Assembly: GCF_001194135.2 (NCBI RefSeq)
Contig: NC_068984.1
Location: 119,664,049-119,728,048, forward strand
DNA from: Octopus bimaculoides
Taxonomy: Eukaryota
Direction: 5' to 3'
Length of the DNA: 64,000 nt
Every line of letters starts with the position of its first letter. Within the stretch, counting starts at the first letter, position 1. The position numbers were made by a program, and so were the translations under genes. Under the pieces are notes generated by a model that was not told the DNA's origin, did no database searches, and was given only the letters and a program-made list of their open reading frames with translations. Shown here one piece after another: positions 48,073-61,562 of the stretch.

Positions 48073-50081
48073 CATACACACACGGCAGGCTTCTTTCAGT
48101 TTCTGTCTACCAAATCCACACACAAGGCTATAGTAAAAGACACTTGCCCAAGTTGCCATGCAGTGGGACTGAACCTAGAACCATGTGGTTGGGAAGCAAG
48201 CTTCTTACCACACTGTCATGCTTATTTTGGATTCCTTAGTCTTGCTGAGAACAACACTACCTCTCTCATGGAGATGCTGTGATAAAATGCACCCAGTATG
48301 TTTTTTTTTTAAATGATTAGCCAGTGATCAAATGAATTGTAGGAGCAAAGAGAGCTCTTTGGTCTTACTTGAGACAAGGTGACCTCTCTTGTTCTGGTGT
48401 GCAATAAAATGCACTCAATACATTCTGTTAAGTATTTGGCAATAAGAAAGCCATAGAAGATATGCAGTAAATGGAATTTATGATCAAGACCAAATCTAGG
48501 AGCTTAGGAATCCCAAATAAGTATGACTTATTTCATCTTTGATGATTGTCTAATTCATGCCTGCACAGAAAAGTGTATGATAGATGATGATGATGTATAC
48601 ATTTCTGTGGAGACATTGTATATATACATACATGCACACATGTTTATGTGTACAAGTATTTGGATATAAATATATGTATGTGTGTATACAAGAGTATATG
48701 TAATTTATATCATTATACACACCCACACATGCATGTGTTTGTGTGTGTGTGTGTGTTTTAAATTTTTTATCCATACTTGCTCATATTCCTTAAATAATGA
48801 AATCAAGTTCATAGCTAAATTGAATATTAAAAATAGGATGTTTACAGTTTCTTTTCATCTCTCAGTTATTTTCTTATTGAAGCCTGTATTATTTATAACC
48901 TACCTATGTTTGCACAAGTCATAATATTTCCCCTCTCCTGTTGTTTTGGGGGACAATGGGTCATTCTTGTTTTCTAATACCCAACTGTCTAGCTGGTATC
49001 TGTTTCCTTACGACAGTTCTAGGGATGTGTGTACTTGCGCATACATCTCCTTGTTTGTCATTGTTCAAAAGTAGACAGCAAGCCGTCTGAATTGTTAGCA
49101 TGCTGGACAGAATTCTTAGTAGCCTTTTGTCTGTCTTTATGTTCTGAGGTCAACTTTGCCCTTCATCCTTTTGGGGTCAATAAAATAAGTACCAGCTGAG
49201 TGCTGCGGGTCAATCTAATTGATTTATCCACTTCCCTGAAATTGTCAGCTTTGTGCCAAATCTTGAAAGTCCACTTTTCAATGCCAAGATGGATCAAACA
49301 GAATTCATTGAAGGCTCCATTTTCTGTTACTGGATGCCTTTCCTGTCACTAACCATTACCTGCTTCCTTCCAAACAAGGTAGTACTTCTCCATGGCTGGA
49401 TATGTTTTCACAGAAGAATGGAAACAAACGACTCTGCATGCATGGTGGTAATGCATGTTGACATTTATCACGTGATGTTGAAACAAGGAGACGCAATCAC
49501 ACCAAACCCCAACACACGCACACATATACATGCACACATACACACATGCATACATACATACATAGATACATACATATGTGTGTATAATATTTTGGCTTTC
49601 AGTTGATTTCTTTTTTGCTTACCAAATAAGAACCGTTATTTTTTGGCGTTCTGGTCTTTAGAGATTTACGTTTTTGTTATTTTTTTCATTATCTTTGTTT
49701 CTGCAAAATGTCCCTGCTGCTAAGATGCCAGCAAGTATTTTGAAATATAATATTAAAAATATTTTATTAGCTTTAAATACGCTGGGCAAAACTTTCTACA
49801 AGAAACAAAAAAAAAATAATAAAACAAGAAAAAAAGAAAAACAAAGCAAAAATATATATAAAAAAAAAAACAAAGATTAAAATGAAGCAAAGAAACATAT
49901 CAGTTGATTTTGAAATATTGTTTTATTTTGCTGTGGGTCTTTGCTTCTATTATAGTTATCTCCTAAGTAAATTTCCACTCACATCCAACTTCTCTTGTGC
50001 TGTTATACGCTTTTCTTTATTTATCACAAATGAAATAAAGGTTGTGTAAGTCATGTTACCGTTTTTTTTTTTTAATTCCAA

Positions 50082-50222
50082 CTAATTGGCCGTTAGTTTT
50101 CCAGGAATTTCATACACCCACTTCTCTTCTACATCCTCCATAAAGGCATTTGTTGTATTTTTCCAATCTTTAACAGATGTTCTGTTTGGCTTGGCTAATT
50201 TAACACTCATCTCTGTAAGATA
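50082..50222 (-). CDS. Candidate terminal coding exon of an unidentified convergent gene (YLTEMSVKLAKPNRTSVKDWKNTTNAFMEDVEEKWVYEIPGKLTAN*)
   Basis: Non-repetitive, protein-like composition; minus-strand acceptor tgtttgtttgttgcaag (or ttacag); followed by U/A-rich UTR-like sequence with AATAAA. Confidence 0.4.
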   Translation of the reverse strand, partial: YLTEMSVKLAKPNRTSVKDWKNTTNAFMEDVEEKWVYEIPGKLTAN

Positions 50223-50699
50223 CTTGCAACAAACAAACAGACACACACCTGCACAAAGACCTACACTCTCTTAACCAACATCTAACACCAATATAATAAA
50301 TGAATTTTCAAGCATCAAGACAACAATATATATTTTTTTTTTTTTTTTTTGTACATATGACCTCGTACAGGCCTTGATCTGTTAAACATATCCAAGTTCA
50401 GTTTAAAACGAAATGTAAACCAGAACAATTTAAACCATAAGATAAAAACTAAACCACCACTACTTTTGTTTTTATTTGGCCAGTGGTGTTCTCTGTTTCA
50501 CTGTAATACAGTGTAAATAAATTGTTTTTCATCATCAAATAAACTTAATAAATATTACTGAGTTGTTTGCCTTAATTTCTGTTTGATTTGTCATTATTTA
50601 TCTTTCTTTTCTGTTATCTGATGGTTTGGGAAAGCCTAATGATGAATTTCATATCATGCTTGGTCAATAGAGACACTCCAAAATATGTTTTTTGTGATG

Positions 50700-51140
50700 T
50701 GTATCTCGGGGCCCACCACTGGGTCATGTCCTTGTTGAAGTGTGGTGGCTTGTATGTCTCAACAACTGAGAGCTATAGCAGTAGAGCACAAATTTCTGGT
50801 AGGGCTTCCTATACTTGACAGGTTAAAGGGTAGAGGTCATACTAATACAGACAACCTTTTATCAGAGTTAAAAATGTGTTTGCATAAGACCAACATCCCT
50901 GTCTAGAAAAAAAGCAAAACTACAGAAGCACCAAAGACAATTCAAAGCTAACAAGACCTGGGAGAGGAAGCCCTCTTCTCAGGGAAGCTTATGAAATAGC
51001 TGGCAGTGGGATACTGAGGAAGAGCTGAAAAAGCAGGGATTCAGTGGGAGAGAAGCAAACAAGACAGCTCAGAATCAAGGACAATAGAGAATAGTTGTTG
51101 ATGACCTATGCACCATAGGGCGGAAAGGGCTTAAGTGAAG
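50700..51140 (+). mobile_element. Internally deleted RTE (BovB-like) LINE
   Basis: WDTEEELKKQGFSGREANKTAQNQGQ*RIVVDDLCTIGRKGLK* resembles an RTE ORF2 end. Confidence 0.55.
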
Positions 51141-54100
51141 CAAAGTAATCTCAGGGCAGGTGGGCTTCTGACAAAATTATTTAGACTCAGTCCTGCAGAT
51201 TAAAGCATTCACCAGTTGTACAGTGATACTACATCTGTTATACCACTACATTAGTAAGTGTTTTTGATACTGTGGCACACTAAGTTATTTTGAAATTAAC
51301 CTTTTTGTTATCAAGCCAGCTGAAACTGCCTCTGGTCCTATGATACAATCCACTGTTTTAAAACGATCTTATTTAAAATCTTCCATCAAAATTTCATGCT
51401 AATTTATGTTTCAACTGCTAGTATAACGACAACATAGTTATTTTACTAAATTCTTCATTATTTCCAAAACTTAATTGAAATGAAGACAGTGTATTTCAAC
51501 AGAAATAAAATAATAAAATGGTTAAATGTTATAATCATGAGTATAGTACAGTAAGAGTTACAGCATGCAATTACCAACATTTTAGTATGATAACCAAGAA
51601 ACTAGTGATTGCATGCTGTAATAATAACTGGCACTCTCCACAAAAGAAAACGAAAAAACTAAATATGTGTGTATTTACTGCAGCTATCCAGGTTTGTTAG
51701 GTGTCAGGATATTAATTCTGTATCTGATCATTGATATTGTATCTGTGGTCAAGATTTCTACTTTCAAACAGTCCAGTCAACTCAGTTGTAAGTAAATACA
51801 ATTCTGTATAGATTATTGAGGTAAGCAATGACAGCAAATGTATAATTGGTAAGTTTACTCTCTTATAATGCTGAGTGCTAATCCTCTTGTGAAAATCACT
51901 TGGAGAATAATGTACCTTGCTAAGCTGGCAGTCTTCAAGTAAGTTAAGAAACTCTTAACTCAGTTTTAAGATTGTTTGCATAATAATACACAATGTTTTG
52001 AAATGGAAAGTGCAGCATTTTATCTCTATTATCATTTAACATTCAGCTTCCATGTTGGCTTGGACTGGGTGATTTGTCAGAATCTGATGGGTTGGAGGAC
52101 TATGTCACACTCTTTTGTCTAGTTTGGTAAGAGTTCTATGGATGGATACATTTCCTATGTCAACTACTTTATAGAGTGTACTGACTGCAGCACTAATGAT
52201 GATTGCCTTATAACTTACAAGGTGAAGGACCTAAAGTAGCTCCTATAACAGAGAAGCATATAAAAGATGGGGCGAAATACTTGAAATATAAAATGCTGAA
52301 GTCAAACAGAAAATTGAAATGGAAGAAATCATCTAATGCTTATTATTATCCAGTGGATGGCAAAGTCAGTAACATGCTGGACAAAATGTTTAGCAGCATT
52401 TCTTCCAGCTTTACATTCTGAGTTCAAGTGCCACTGAGGTCAACTTTGCCCTTTAAGCTTTCAGGGTCAGTAAAATAAGTACCAGTTTAAGGCGATGAGT
52501 TGGACGAAATGCTTAGCAGTATTTCTCCCATTGCTACGTTCTGAGTTCAAATTCCGCTGAAGTTGACTTTGCCTTCCATCCTTTCGGGGTTGATGAAATA
52601 AGTACCAGTTACGCACTGGTGTAGATGAAATCGACTATCCCTCTGTCCCAAATCTCAGGCCTTGTGCCTATAGTAGAAAAACAAAATAAGTACCAGTTGA
52701 GCACTGAAGTCAATGTAATTCACTTGCCCCCTCTCTCAAAATGTCAGGTCTTTCTATATTAGAAAGAATTATTATTATTATACATTTATAAGACTGGTAG
52801 ATTGGCAAAATCTTTAGCCCATTTACAGAACCATTAGTATCTTACAGGAGTTATGGCCCTTTACATTCTAAATTCAAGTCCTGCCAAAGCTGACTTTGGC
52901 TGTTAGTCTTCTGGGATCGATAAAATAAAAGTATTAATTGATATAATGAGCAGTTTTTACCAACAAATTCTGACCTTTTGCTTCTATAAATTATCATAAA
53001 TAGGTGCAGGTATGGCTGTGTGGTTAAGAACCTTGCTTCCCAACCATGTGGTCTCAGATTAAATCCCACTGCACAATACTTTAGGCAAGTGTCTTTTACT
53101 ATCCCTGGACCAACGAAAGCCTTTTTGAATGGATTCAGTAGACAGAAACTGCTCATTGTTTACATATGTACATGTGTGAGTGTGTTTGTGTGTACCCTTG
53201 TCTTGACATGTATGATTGTAAATGAGCATTACCATCAGACAAACAATTTTGTTCCTCAATCTCCCGTGAATAACATATTTGGGCATGGGAAAATATTACC
53301 TTGCTTAGAAACAAGTGAGGATAGGTGACAGGAAGGGCATCTAACATTAGAAAAATCCACATTAACAAATTCTATCTGACCCATGCAAGCATAGAAAATT
53401 GGATGTTAATATTATATGTGGTTATGCACCATCAGACTGACCTCAAGAGTTTGTCCTAGCCATTACATCTCAAAAACATCTTATGAAAGAGGTTCTTATC
53501 TATGGCCCCTCACCTGTGTTCTGCTTTGTAACCATCTGAGTGGCAGCAATGAGCAAATTTATCTATATTTGCACACAATCTTTGTTGACACAGACAAGGT
53601 ACATATATCTGTGAATACTCTAGTTTCTCCTCACCCTGAGCAGATAAATCTTTTGCCTATAAACACAGATACACCATACAAACTACAAGAATAGCTGCCA
53701 TTCCTTAACATGTTTCCTCCATACAGACTGCAAGAACAGTTGCTCTGCATATCGCCTGGCCATTACATCACAAGAACATTCTAAAAATTTATCTATGTGA
53801 TGGTATATCTGATACTTTGAATAAACCTATGATTTCTGTAATAACCTCAAGGAATCTTTATCCCGTTTCTGTACACTCTCAAAAGAACAGCCTTGTATGG
53901 CCTGGCCTTCTGTCTGTTACAACGACAAGTGTTCCAGTTGATCCAATCAATAAACCGCCTGCTTGAGAAATTAACGTGCAAGTGGCTGAGCACTCCACAG
54001 ACACTTACCGTTAACGTAGTTCACGGAGATTCAGAGTGACACACTGAATGTGACGAGACTGGCCCATTGATCAAAAGGTACAACTCAATTTTGTCAGCTG

Positions 54101-55134
54101 AATGGACTGGAGTAACATGAAATAAAGTATCTTGCTCAAGAACACAACACGCCACCGGGGGTCAAACTTATGATCATGAACCGAATACACTAACCACTAA
54201 GCCACTCACCTTAAAAGCCCTGAATAGCAACAACCTTAAAACTCTCCATTGTTATCTCAACTTATGTAATTTATCTTATTTGATCTTACTCCATTTATTT
54301 TGCTTCATTTATCTCCTCTCTACCATCCAACATACATCAATTATTTATTTACCTTATTATTATTCAATAATTACATTATTCATTTGATTATCATCAACAA
54401 TGGCATTTACAGGCGAGTATGTGTTCTAGGCATGCAATAATATACATACATGTGTATTAAGTATTGCAGTTGTCATGGGTATAAACTGAAAACTATGCAG
54501 GTGTCAAAACACATTAGGAAATGTTATATGTCGGCAAATTCAATATGTAGGAGTTACTCCCCTTTAATAATCAAATTTCAAAATGTAATATTTATTTCTT
54601 ATATTCCAGAAAGGCGGCGAGCTGGCAGAATGCTTATCGGCATTTCATCCGGCTCACATCACGTTCAGAGTTCAAATCCCTATAAAGTCGATTTTGCCTT
54701 TCATCCTTTTGGGTTTGATAAAATAAAGTTCCAATCTAGTATTGGGAGTTGATGTAATCGAATAGCCCCACCTCATTTTCAGGTCCTGTTCCAACAATAG
54801 AAAGGAAATATTAGGTATCTCCAGGGCTGCGAGCTGGCAGGATCGTAGTGCGCCAGGCAAAAGTGCTTGGCGGCATTTCGTCCGTTTTTAAGTTCTGAGT
54901 AAAAATTCTGCTGACGTCGACTTTCATCTTAACGGGGTCGATGAAATAAGTACCAGTTCAACACTGGGATTGATGTAATTGATTTAATCCCTCCCACCGA
55001 AATTGCTGGCCAATTACATACCTTTGTAACGATAAAGTTTTATTTTTGTAACGATGCCTGTTATGGTGCAACGTTGGGATCACCAGTTTGTAATGGTTGG
55101 AGTTTATTGTGTAAGCAATAATATGGTGAGCAAT

Positions 55135-56937
55135 AGTGTGATAAATGATGGTTGATACACAGTAGTATGCAATGTCGGAGTCGTAATCAGTTTGTAAGGA
55201 TTGGTTCTTCATTGATTGCCATTATGTAAAGATGAAAGAACAGTGATTGAAGTTGTGAAGAAAACATTTATTTTTACCGTTACATTATACAATACCTTGC
55301 CTCGACGGGCAGGTGATAAGATTCTAGAGCATACTCTCTCTTTTACTTGTTTCAGTCATTTGACTGCGGCTATGTTATTTTTTCTACCCAGATTGAATGA
55401 TCGAACGCATTACCAGTCAGTGTGCTGAAATAGATGGCAATGTAGACTTATTTAATCGAGTTCACCTGAATTTTGCAAGGTGCATCAAGTTATGCATTGA
55501 AAATGATGGAAATCATTTTGAAAATATTATTTATTAACATTATAATTAGATAAAATTGTTTTGTTTTAAAAGTATGTGTTAATCCCCATGTACCTAGACT
55601 TTGTGGACACCCTGTATTATGAACCAGTAGAAGTGATACCTGGTGTTAATTAAGCAAGCTAAGGCAAGCAGATTTATGTATGCCTTTGATGTATGATGTA
55701 ATGATTTAGATGTATGATGTAACGACTGAAGGAAAATCCATGATCATGAACTAAGTCAACCAATACCTCGGCCTCACAGCTATTATGAACCAAAAATACC
55801 AAATTTCAGGTAACAGTTCAACAGAACTTTTCTCACGGTGGAACAATAGTTTTTCTGTGACAGTTTACATTTGCCAGATGCCTTAGCTAGGCCGAAATAA
55901 TGTCTTCAACACTTGACCCTTCTAACCCCTTCTACTTCACCAAAAGCTAGAATTACGATAACAAGTACCACCAACGAAATCCATTGTTCTCAACGATATG
56001 TCTATCCTTCTGGATAGTTATAAAAACAAGAACCCCCAAGCAAAAATTAGTTAGTCACTTGGTGACAACTCAGTTAGTCAGTGAATGACAACTCGAGTTA
56101 GAGAGAGGTACCATCAGTTAGTGAACTGGCCACTAGAATCATGGTCACAAGCAGGTAACTACTAAAGACAGATGGTCAAGGGGAGAAGTGAAGTTTACTG
56201 TCAGCAGCTATGAAACAACTTCCCACGACTCCACAACTTTCACTAACTCACTTTCTCTTCTCTGCACATTACTATATCTCTCTCTATGGTTTACTACTAC
56301 AATAAGAACATACAGGCCGGAATTAACTTTTTTACTTCATATAGGCGCAGGAGTGGCTGTGTGGTAAGTAGCTTGCTTACCAACCACATGGTCTTGGGTT
56401 CAGTCCCACTGCGTGGCACCTTGGGCAAGTGTCTTCTACTATAGCCTCAGGCCGACCAAAGCCTTGTGAGTGGATTTGGTAGATGGAAACTGAAAGAAGC
56501 CCATCATATATATGTATGTGTGTGTATATGTTTGTGTGTCTGTGTTTGTCCCCCCAACATCGCTTGACAACCGATGCTGGTGTGTTTAGGTCCCCTGTAA
56601 CTTAGCGGTTCGGCAAAAGAGACTGATAGAATAAGTACTAGGCTTACAAAGAATAATTCCTGGGATCAATTTGATTCGACTAAAGGTGGTGCTCCAGCAT
56701 GGCCGCAGTCAAATGACTGAAACAAGTAAAAGAGAGAGTATGCTCTAGAATCTTATCACCTGCCCGTCGAGGCCAGGTATTGTATAATGTAACAGTAAAA
56801 ATAAATATTTTTTTCACAACTTCAATCACTGTTCTGTCATCTTTACATAATGGCAATCAATGAAGAACCAATCCTTACAAACTGATTATGACTCCAACAT
56901 GCCATTTTACTGTGTATCAACCATCATTTACCACATT
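55135..56937. repeat. Approx. 240-bp inverted duplication (55135-55374 / 56698-56937)
   Basis: Hand alignment gives about 14 mismatches in about 240 nt. Confidence 0.9.
55430..55615 (+). mobile_element. Tc1/mariner 3' remnant
   Basis: LNFARCIKLCIENDGNHFENII, then terminal ggacaccctg + TA. Confidence 0.55.
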
Positions 56938-57149
56938 AATATTATTTCACCATTATTATTTCATCATTAGTTCACCATATTATTTTGCTGAATGGCTAAA
57001 CATACCAACACCAATTGTCAAGTGGTGGGAGGGGGACAGATAGAGAACAAAGACAAACAGACAGACAGACAGACACACACACACACGCACGCATGCACAC
57101 ACACATGCACACACATGCACACAAACATACACACACACAAACATTGAAC

Positions 57150-57585
57150 GTTGGGCCTCACGGAGGCAAAGTGGCTGAGTACCTTTCAAGTGTTGGGCCT
57201 CATGGAAGCATAGTGGCTGAGTTCCTTTTGAGCAGGCCTCGTGGAGGCAAGGTGGATGAGTTCATTTCGAGTGTTGGGCCTTATGGAGGCAAAGTGGCTG
57301 AGCTCCTTTCAAGTTTTGGGCCTCAGGGAGGCAATGATCAAGACCTTTGGCACTATGTCATGCTTGAGAAGAAGATCCATCAAGCCAAGCAAAATCGCAG
57401 TCTTGGCAGATACGGTGTTACACAAATGGCACCCATGCCAGTGGCACATAAAAGCACCCATTACATTCTTGGAGTGGTTGGCATTAGGAAGGACATCCAA
57501 CCATCAAAAACCATGCCAGCATAGTCAAACCGACCAACCCATACCAGCATGGACAATGGACTTTAAATGATGATGATGATGATGA
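57150..57585 (+). mobile_element. RTE-type 3' UTR fragment with 42-bp tandem repeats and (GAT)n tail
   Basis: Units of gttgggcctcacggaggcaaagtggctgagtacctttcaagt, then the ggttggcattaggaagg tail. Confidence 0.75.
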
Positions 57586-59644
57586 TACACATATATGATG
57601 GGCTTCTTTCAGTTTCCATCTACAAAGTCCACCCACAAGGCATTGGTCAGCCCAGGGCTATAGTAGAAGACACTTTCCCAAGGTGTCATGTTGTGGGACT
57701 GAACCTGGAACTATGTGGTTGGGAAGTAAGCTTCTTACCACACAGCCATGTTTTTTTTACAAGACATAAGGACCCTTCCTGTGAAAAGATGTTGTGTTCA
57801 TGCCTCTTTCAAGGCATAAGTAGTGTGACTTAACTGAACTTCCATTAACTAAGAATCAGGACCCAGTTACAGTTTTGGTTCACCAGAAGCTAATCTATTG
57901 CTCATTAAAATACTGAAGTGAATATTGGTTTTACATTTTGGTACAAGGCCAGCAATTTCAGGAGAGGACCGAAATTGATTACATCGACCCCAGTACTCAA
58001 GTAGTACTTATTTCATCGACCCTCAAAAAATGAAAGGCAAAGTCAACCTTGGCAGAATTTGAACTCAGAACGTAAAAATAGACAAAATACCACAAAGCAT
58101 TTTGTCTGGCATATGAATGATTCTGTCAGCTTGAATTTGATATGGATTCCATATTCAAAAACATTGGAGTAAATACTCTGCAGTATTTAGCTTCATCCCA
58201 CTATGTTTTGAGTTCAAGTCCAGCCAAAGTTAGCTATTCTTCTCAGCCTCTTGAGTTAGATGAATTCCAGGTATTATTTTCTTGTGTTAATTCAAGAAAT
58301 TATACTCTTTCCTATAAATTTCTGTCAAAGTTAGGAATCAATATTGTTGTCTCACTAATGCGAAAACCAATCATTAAAGGAAGTGGATATAATAAAGGTA
58401 ATCAATTTTAGGATATTAATGATTATTATTTTATTGATCTTAGTGGTGGTGCCATGTAAAAAGCATCTGTGCCAGTGCTATGTAAGAAGTGCTTGCGCTG
58501 GTTCCATGTAGAAAAGCATCAGTTTGGGGCCATGTAAAAAGCACCCAATACACTCAGTAAAGTGGTTGGCATTAGGAAGAGTATCCAGCCACAGAAACCA
58601 TGCAAAAAGGAAAAGAGAACTGGAGCTTGATGATGGTGATGATGAGTGGAATTTGAACCAAGAAGTGTGAATAAATACTGTGATGCATTTAACAACTGGC
58701 TTAAATATTGATTTCTAACATAAGCACAAGGAATTATATTTTGGCAGGGAGGTATAGATGGCCTCCAAAACTTGAGGGGTACTTATTTCATAGGCACTGG
58801 AACAATAAAAGGCAAAGTCGACCATGACAGGATTTGAATTTAGATCATAGCTACAACTAAATACTGCAAGTTATTTTCTCCATCACTGCACCATGCTGCT
58901 GTCCTCTCACTGATTTTAATATTGAATTTTACATAAACTTGAGAAGCGCAAATAAATGTTATCAAGTTTATCATTTTTCTTTTAATGTTACACTGAAACT
59001 GTCTCATTTTTACTTACAGCAAATCAGTTCAGATCTAAATTTAGATTCTCAGTTTCCCAGTTACCATGTTTTATTGGAAAACAAGCAGAAGTGATTTTAG
59101 GTACATCTGCTAACTATCTTCTTCAAAATCAGCTAGAAGTATATTTAGCATCTATAGTAGTTTGTCATTTTCTAATTTCATCACAGTGTTACGCTGACAT
59201 TTAGCAAATACCTCACCGTCATCTTGTTATGTCAGTGCAGCCTGTCATTTGACATTATCACATATAACTGTGGTGTTTCATGTTGCCATTCACTGTTTTA
59301 TTTATTCACTTCCTGTCAGCCCTGATCTCAACATTGCACTATCATTGACTTTTATTTTAAACAGAGATTATTTACCTGTATGAAGTCTGTAGTAGTGTCT
59401 ATATCTTTATTGCTTATATGTAAGCTGTTTGATTATATTTAATTCTTTAGCATTCAAACTGGCCATATCAGACCCAAATATTCTACCTGCTTTATGTTCA
59501 AACTGGCCAGATCTAGCATCTCACACATACCCTACAATATCATTCTAAAAATATACAATCACATCATTGAAATCTCAAAGCTGCAAGATAATGCATGATT
59601 TATTCAAAATAATGTGAATAAATAAGCATTACACTTGACAAAGT

Positions 59645-60865
59645 AATCATCATCATCATTATCATCGTTTAACGTCCGCTTTCCATGCTAGCATGGGTTG
59701 GACGATTTGACTGAGGACTGGCAAACCAGATGGCTGCACCAGGCTCCAATCTGATCTGGCAGAGTTTCTATAGCTGGAGTGTAGTGGTTGCTTTTACGTG
59801 CCACCAGCACAAATGCTAGAAGGCAACACTGGTAACAATTATGCTCAAATGGTGCTATTTACGGGCCACTAGCACGGAAGCCAGACAGCTGCTCTGGCAA
59901 TGAACACGCTTGGACAGTGCTGTTAGTGCTCCACTGGTGCAGATGCCAGTCATCGAATATATAGTTCAATTACGATTTCGATTTCACTTGCCCCAACAGG
60001 TCTTCACAAGCAGAGTTTAGTGTCCAATGAAGGAAAGGTTGACATGGGTACCAGTCGTCGGATTCAGTTTGATTTCAATTTCAGATTTCAAATTCACTTG
60101 CCTCAACAGGTCTTCACAAACTGATTCTTCTTAGGTCTAACTTTTCTCTCAAGGTACTTACACTCTGTCAAGTATGCACACTGACATTACACATCCATCG
60201 GAGCATACTGGCTTCGTTTCTTGTGAGCTTACGCATGTCCTCAGCAGTCACGGCCCATATTTCAATGCCATGTAGCATGGCTGTTCGTACACATGCATCA
60301 TACAGTCTGCCTTTTACTCTGAGTGAGAGGCCCTTTGTCACCAGCAGAGGTAAGGGCTCTCTAAACTTTGCCCAGGCTATTCTTATTCTAGCAGCTACAC
60401 TTTCAGCGCACCCTCCCCTGCTACAAACTTGGTCACCTAGGTAGTGGAAGCTATCAACTACTTCTAGTTTTTCCCCTTGAGTGTGGTAAAGGTTGTTTTC
60501 TGCACATTTTCAGTGTTTATTGCTCCTGAGCATCTGCCACATACAAAAACTATCTTGCTAGTTAGCCTTCCTTTGATATTGCTGCACCTCTTATGTGTCC
60601 ATAGCTTACACTGGGTACATATTATGGAGGTTCTCCCTATGCCTTTTCTACAGATTGAGCAAGGCCATCTACCTGAAGGGGTTTGTGTTTTGTCTACCTT
60701 CCTACTTATTAGGACTTTGGTTTTAGCTAGGTTGACTCTAAGGCCCTTCGATTCTAGTCCTTGCTTCCACACCTGAAACTTCTCCTCTTGTTCTGATAGT
60801 GACTCAGCAATTAGGGCAAGGTCATCAGCATAGAGGAGCTCCCAGGGGCATCCCGTCTTGAATTC
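59645..60865 (-). mobile_element. 5'-truncated RTE LINE with RT YADD motif and PHD-type finger, abutting a piggyBac MITE
   Basis: PWELLYADDLALIAESLSEQEEKFQVWKQGLESKGLRVNLAKTKV...WPCSICRK...[12 protein letters not shown]...CGRC; [16 protein letters not shown]; (GAT)n tail. Confidence 0.93.
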
Positions 60866-61562
60866 CTGTGTAATTTATGAACAATGTCATAAATAACAGT
60901 ACCGCCGATAGTTGTTGTTGATAAACAATGGCAGTAATTTTATTCAAGGGAAAAGATATCATTACACCGCCACAACGTGTTGTTGACAATCCACAGCAGT
61001 AATTGTTTTCACCTCAATAGACGTCAGTGATTGGTTGAAATTACCGAAATACGACAATTTTAACACAAAATAACTTATAAAATATAAACTTTTCTCAATA
61101 ACACTAAGAGTAAAAGATGTTTTATATGACACATTCTACCAGTGTCCCAAGTTTGAAAGTGTTTCGTTAAGAAAACAAGTGGTGTCCACCAAATCAGAAA
61201 GATTCAATTGTCCTTAAAAATGAAAGTAAATTGCAACAGAAACCAAAAGTGAGTTCTGTGACCTACCAAAATTTCCTAAAACATATTTGATATCCAATGG
61301 CTTCCTACGTGGGTCTCAGCAACTTCTATACTTATGAAGTTGTCAACTGTTCACATAATTTTGATGATCTAAATTCATACACAGACAATAGAAGGGCGAT
61401 GAAATTATTGCAAAGAAGAAACTTAGGCGACATTGTGGGACTAGTGATGATATATTTATATCATATCTTCAAGGGTATGCGTGGCGAAACATTTAGAAAT
61501 ATCTCGTTTTTGGATTTGGTTTGCAAGATTTTTTATGTGATTTCGTGTGTTGAAGCATATTC

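Noticed and set aside
50082-50222. Identifying the convergent exon as DGAT1 from vertebrate HSF1-DGAT1 synteny
   Set aside because: The peptide does not resemble the DGAT1 C-terminus as I recall it.
55717-56300. Solo LTR starting TGTAACG
   Set aside because: No matching TSD, second LTR or internal domain was seen.
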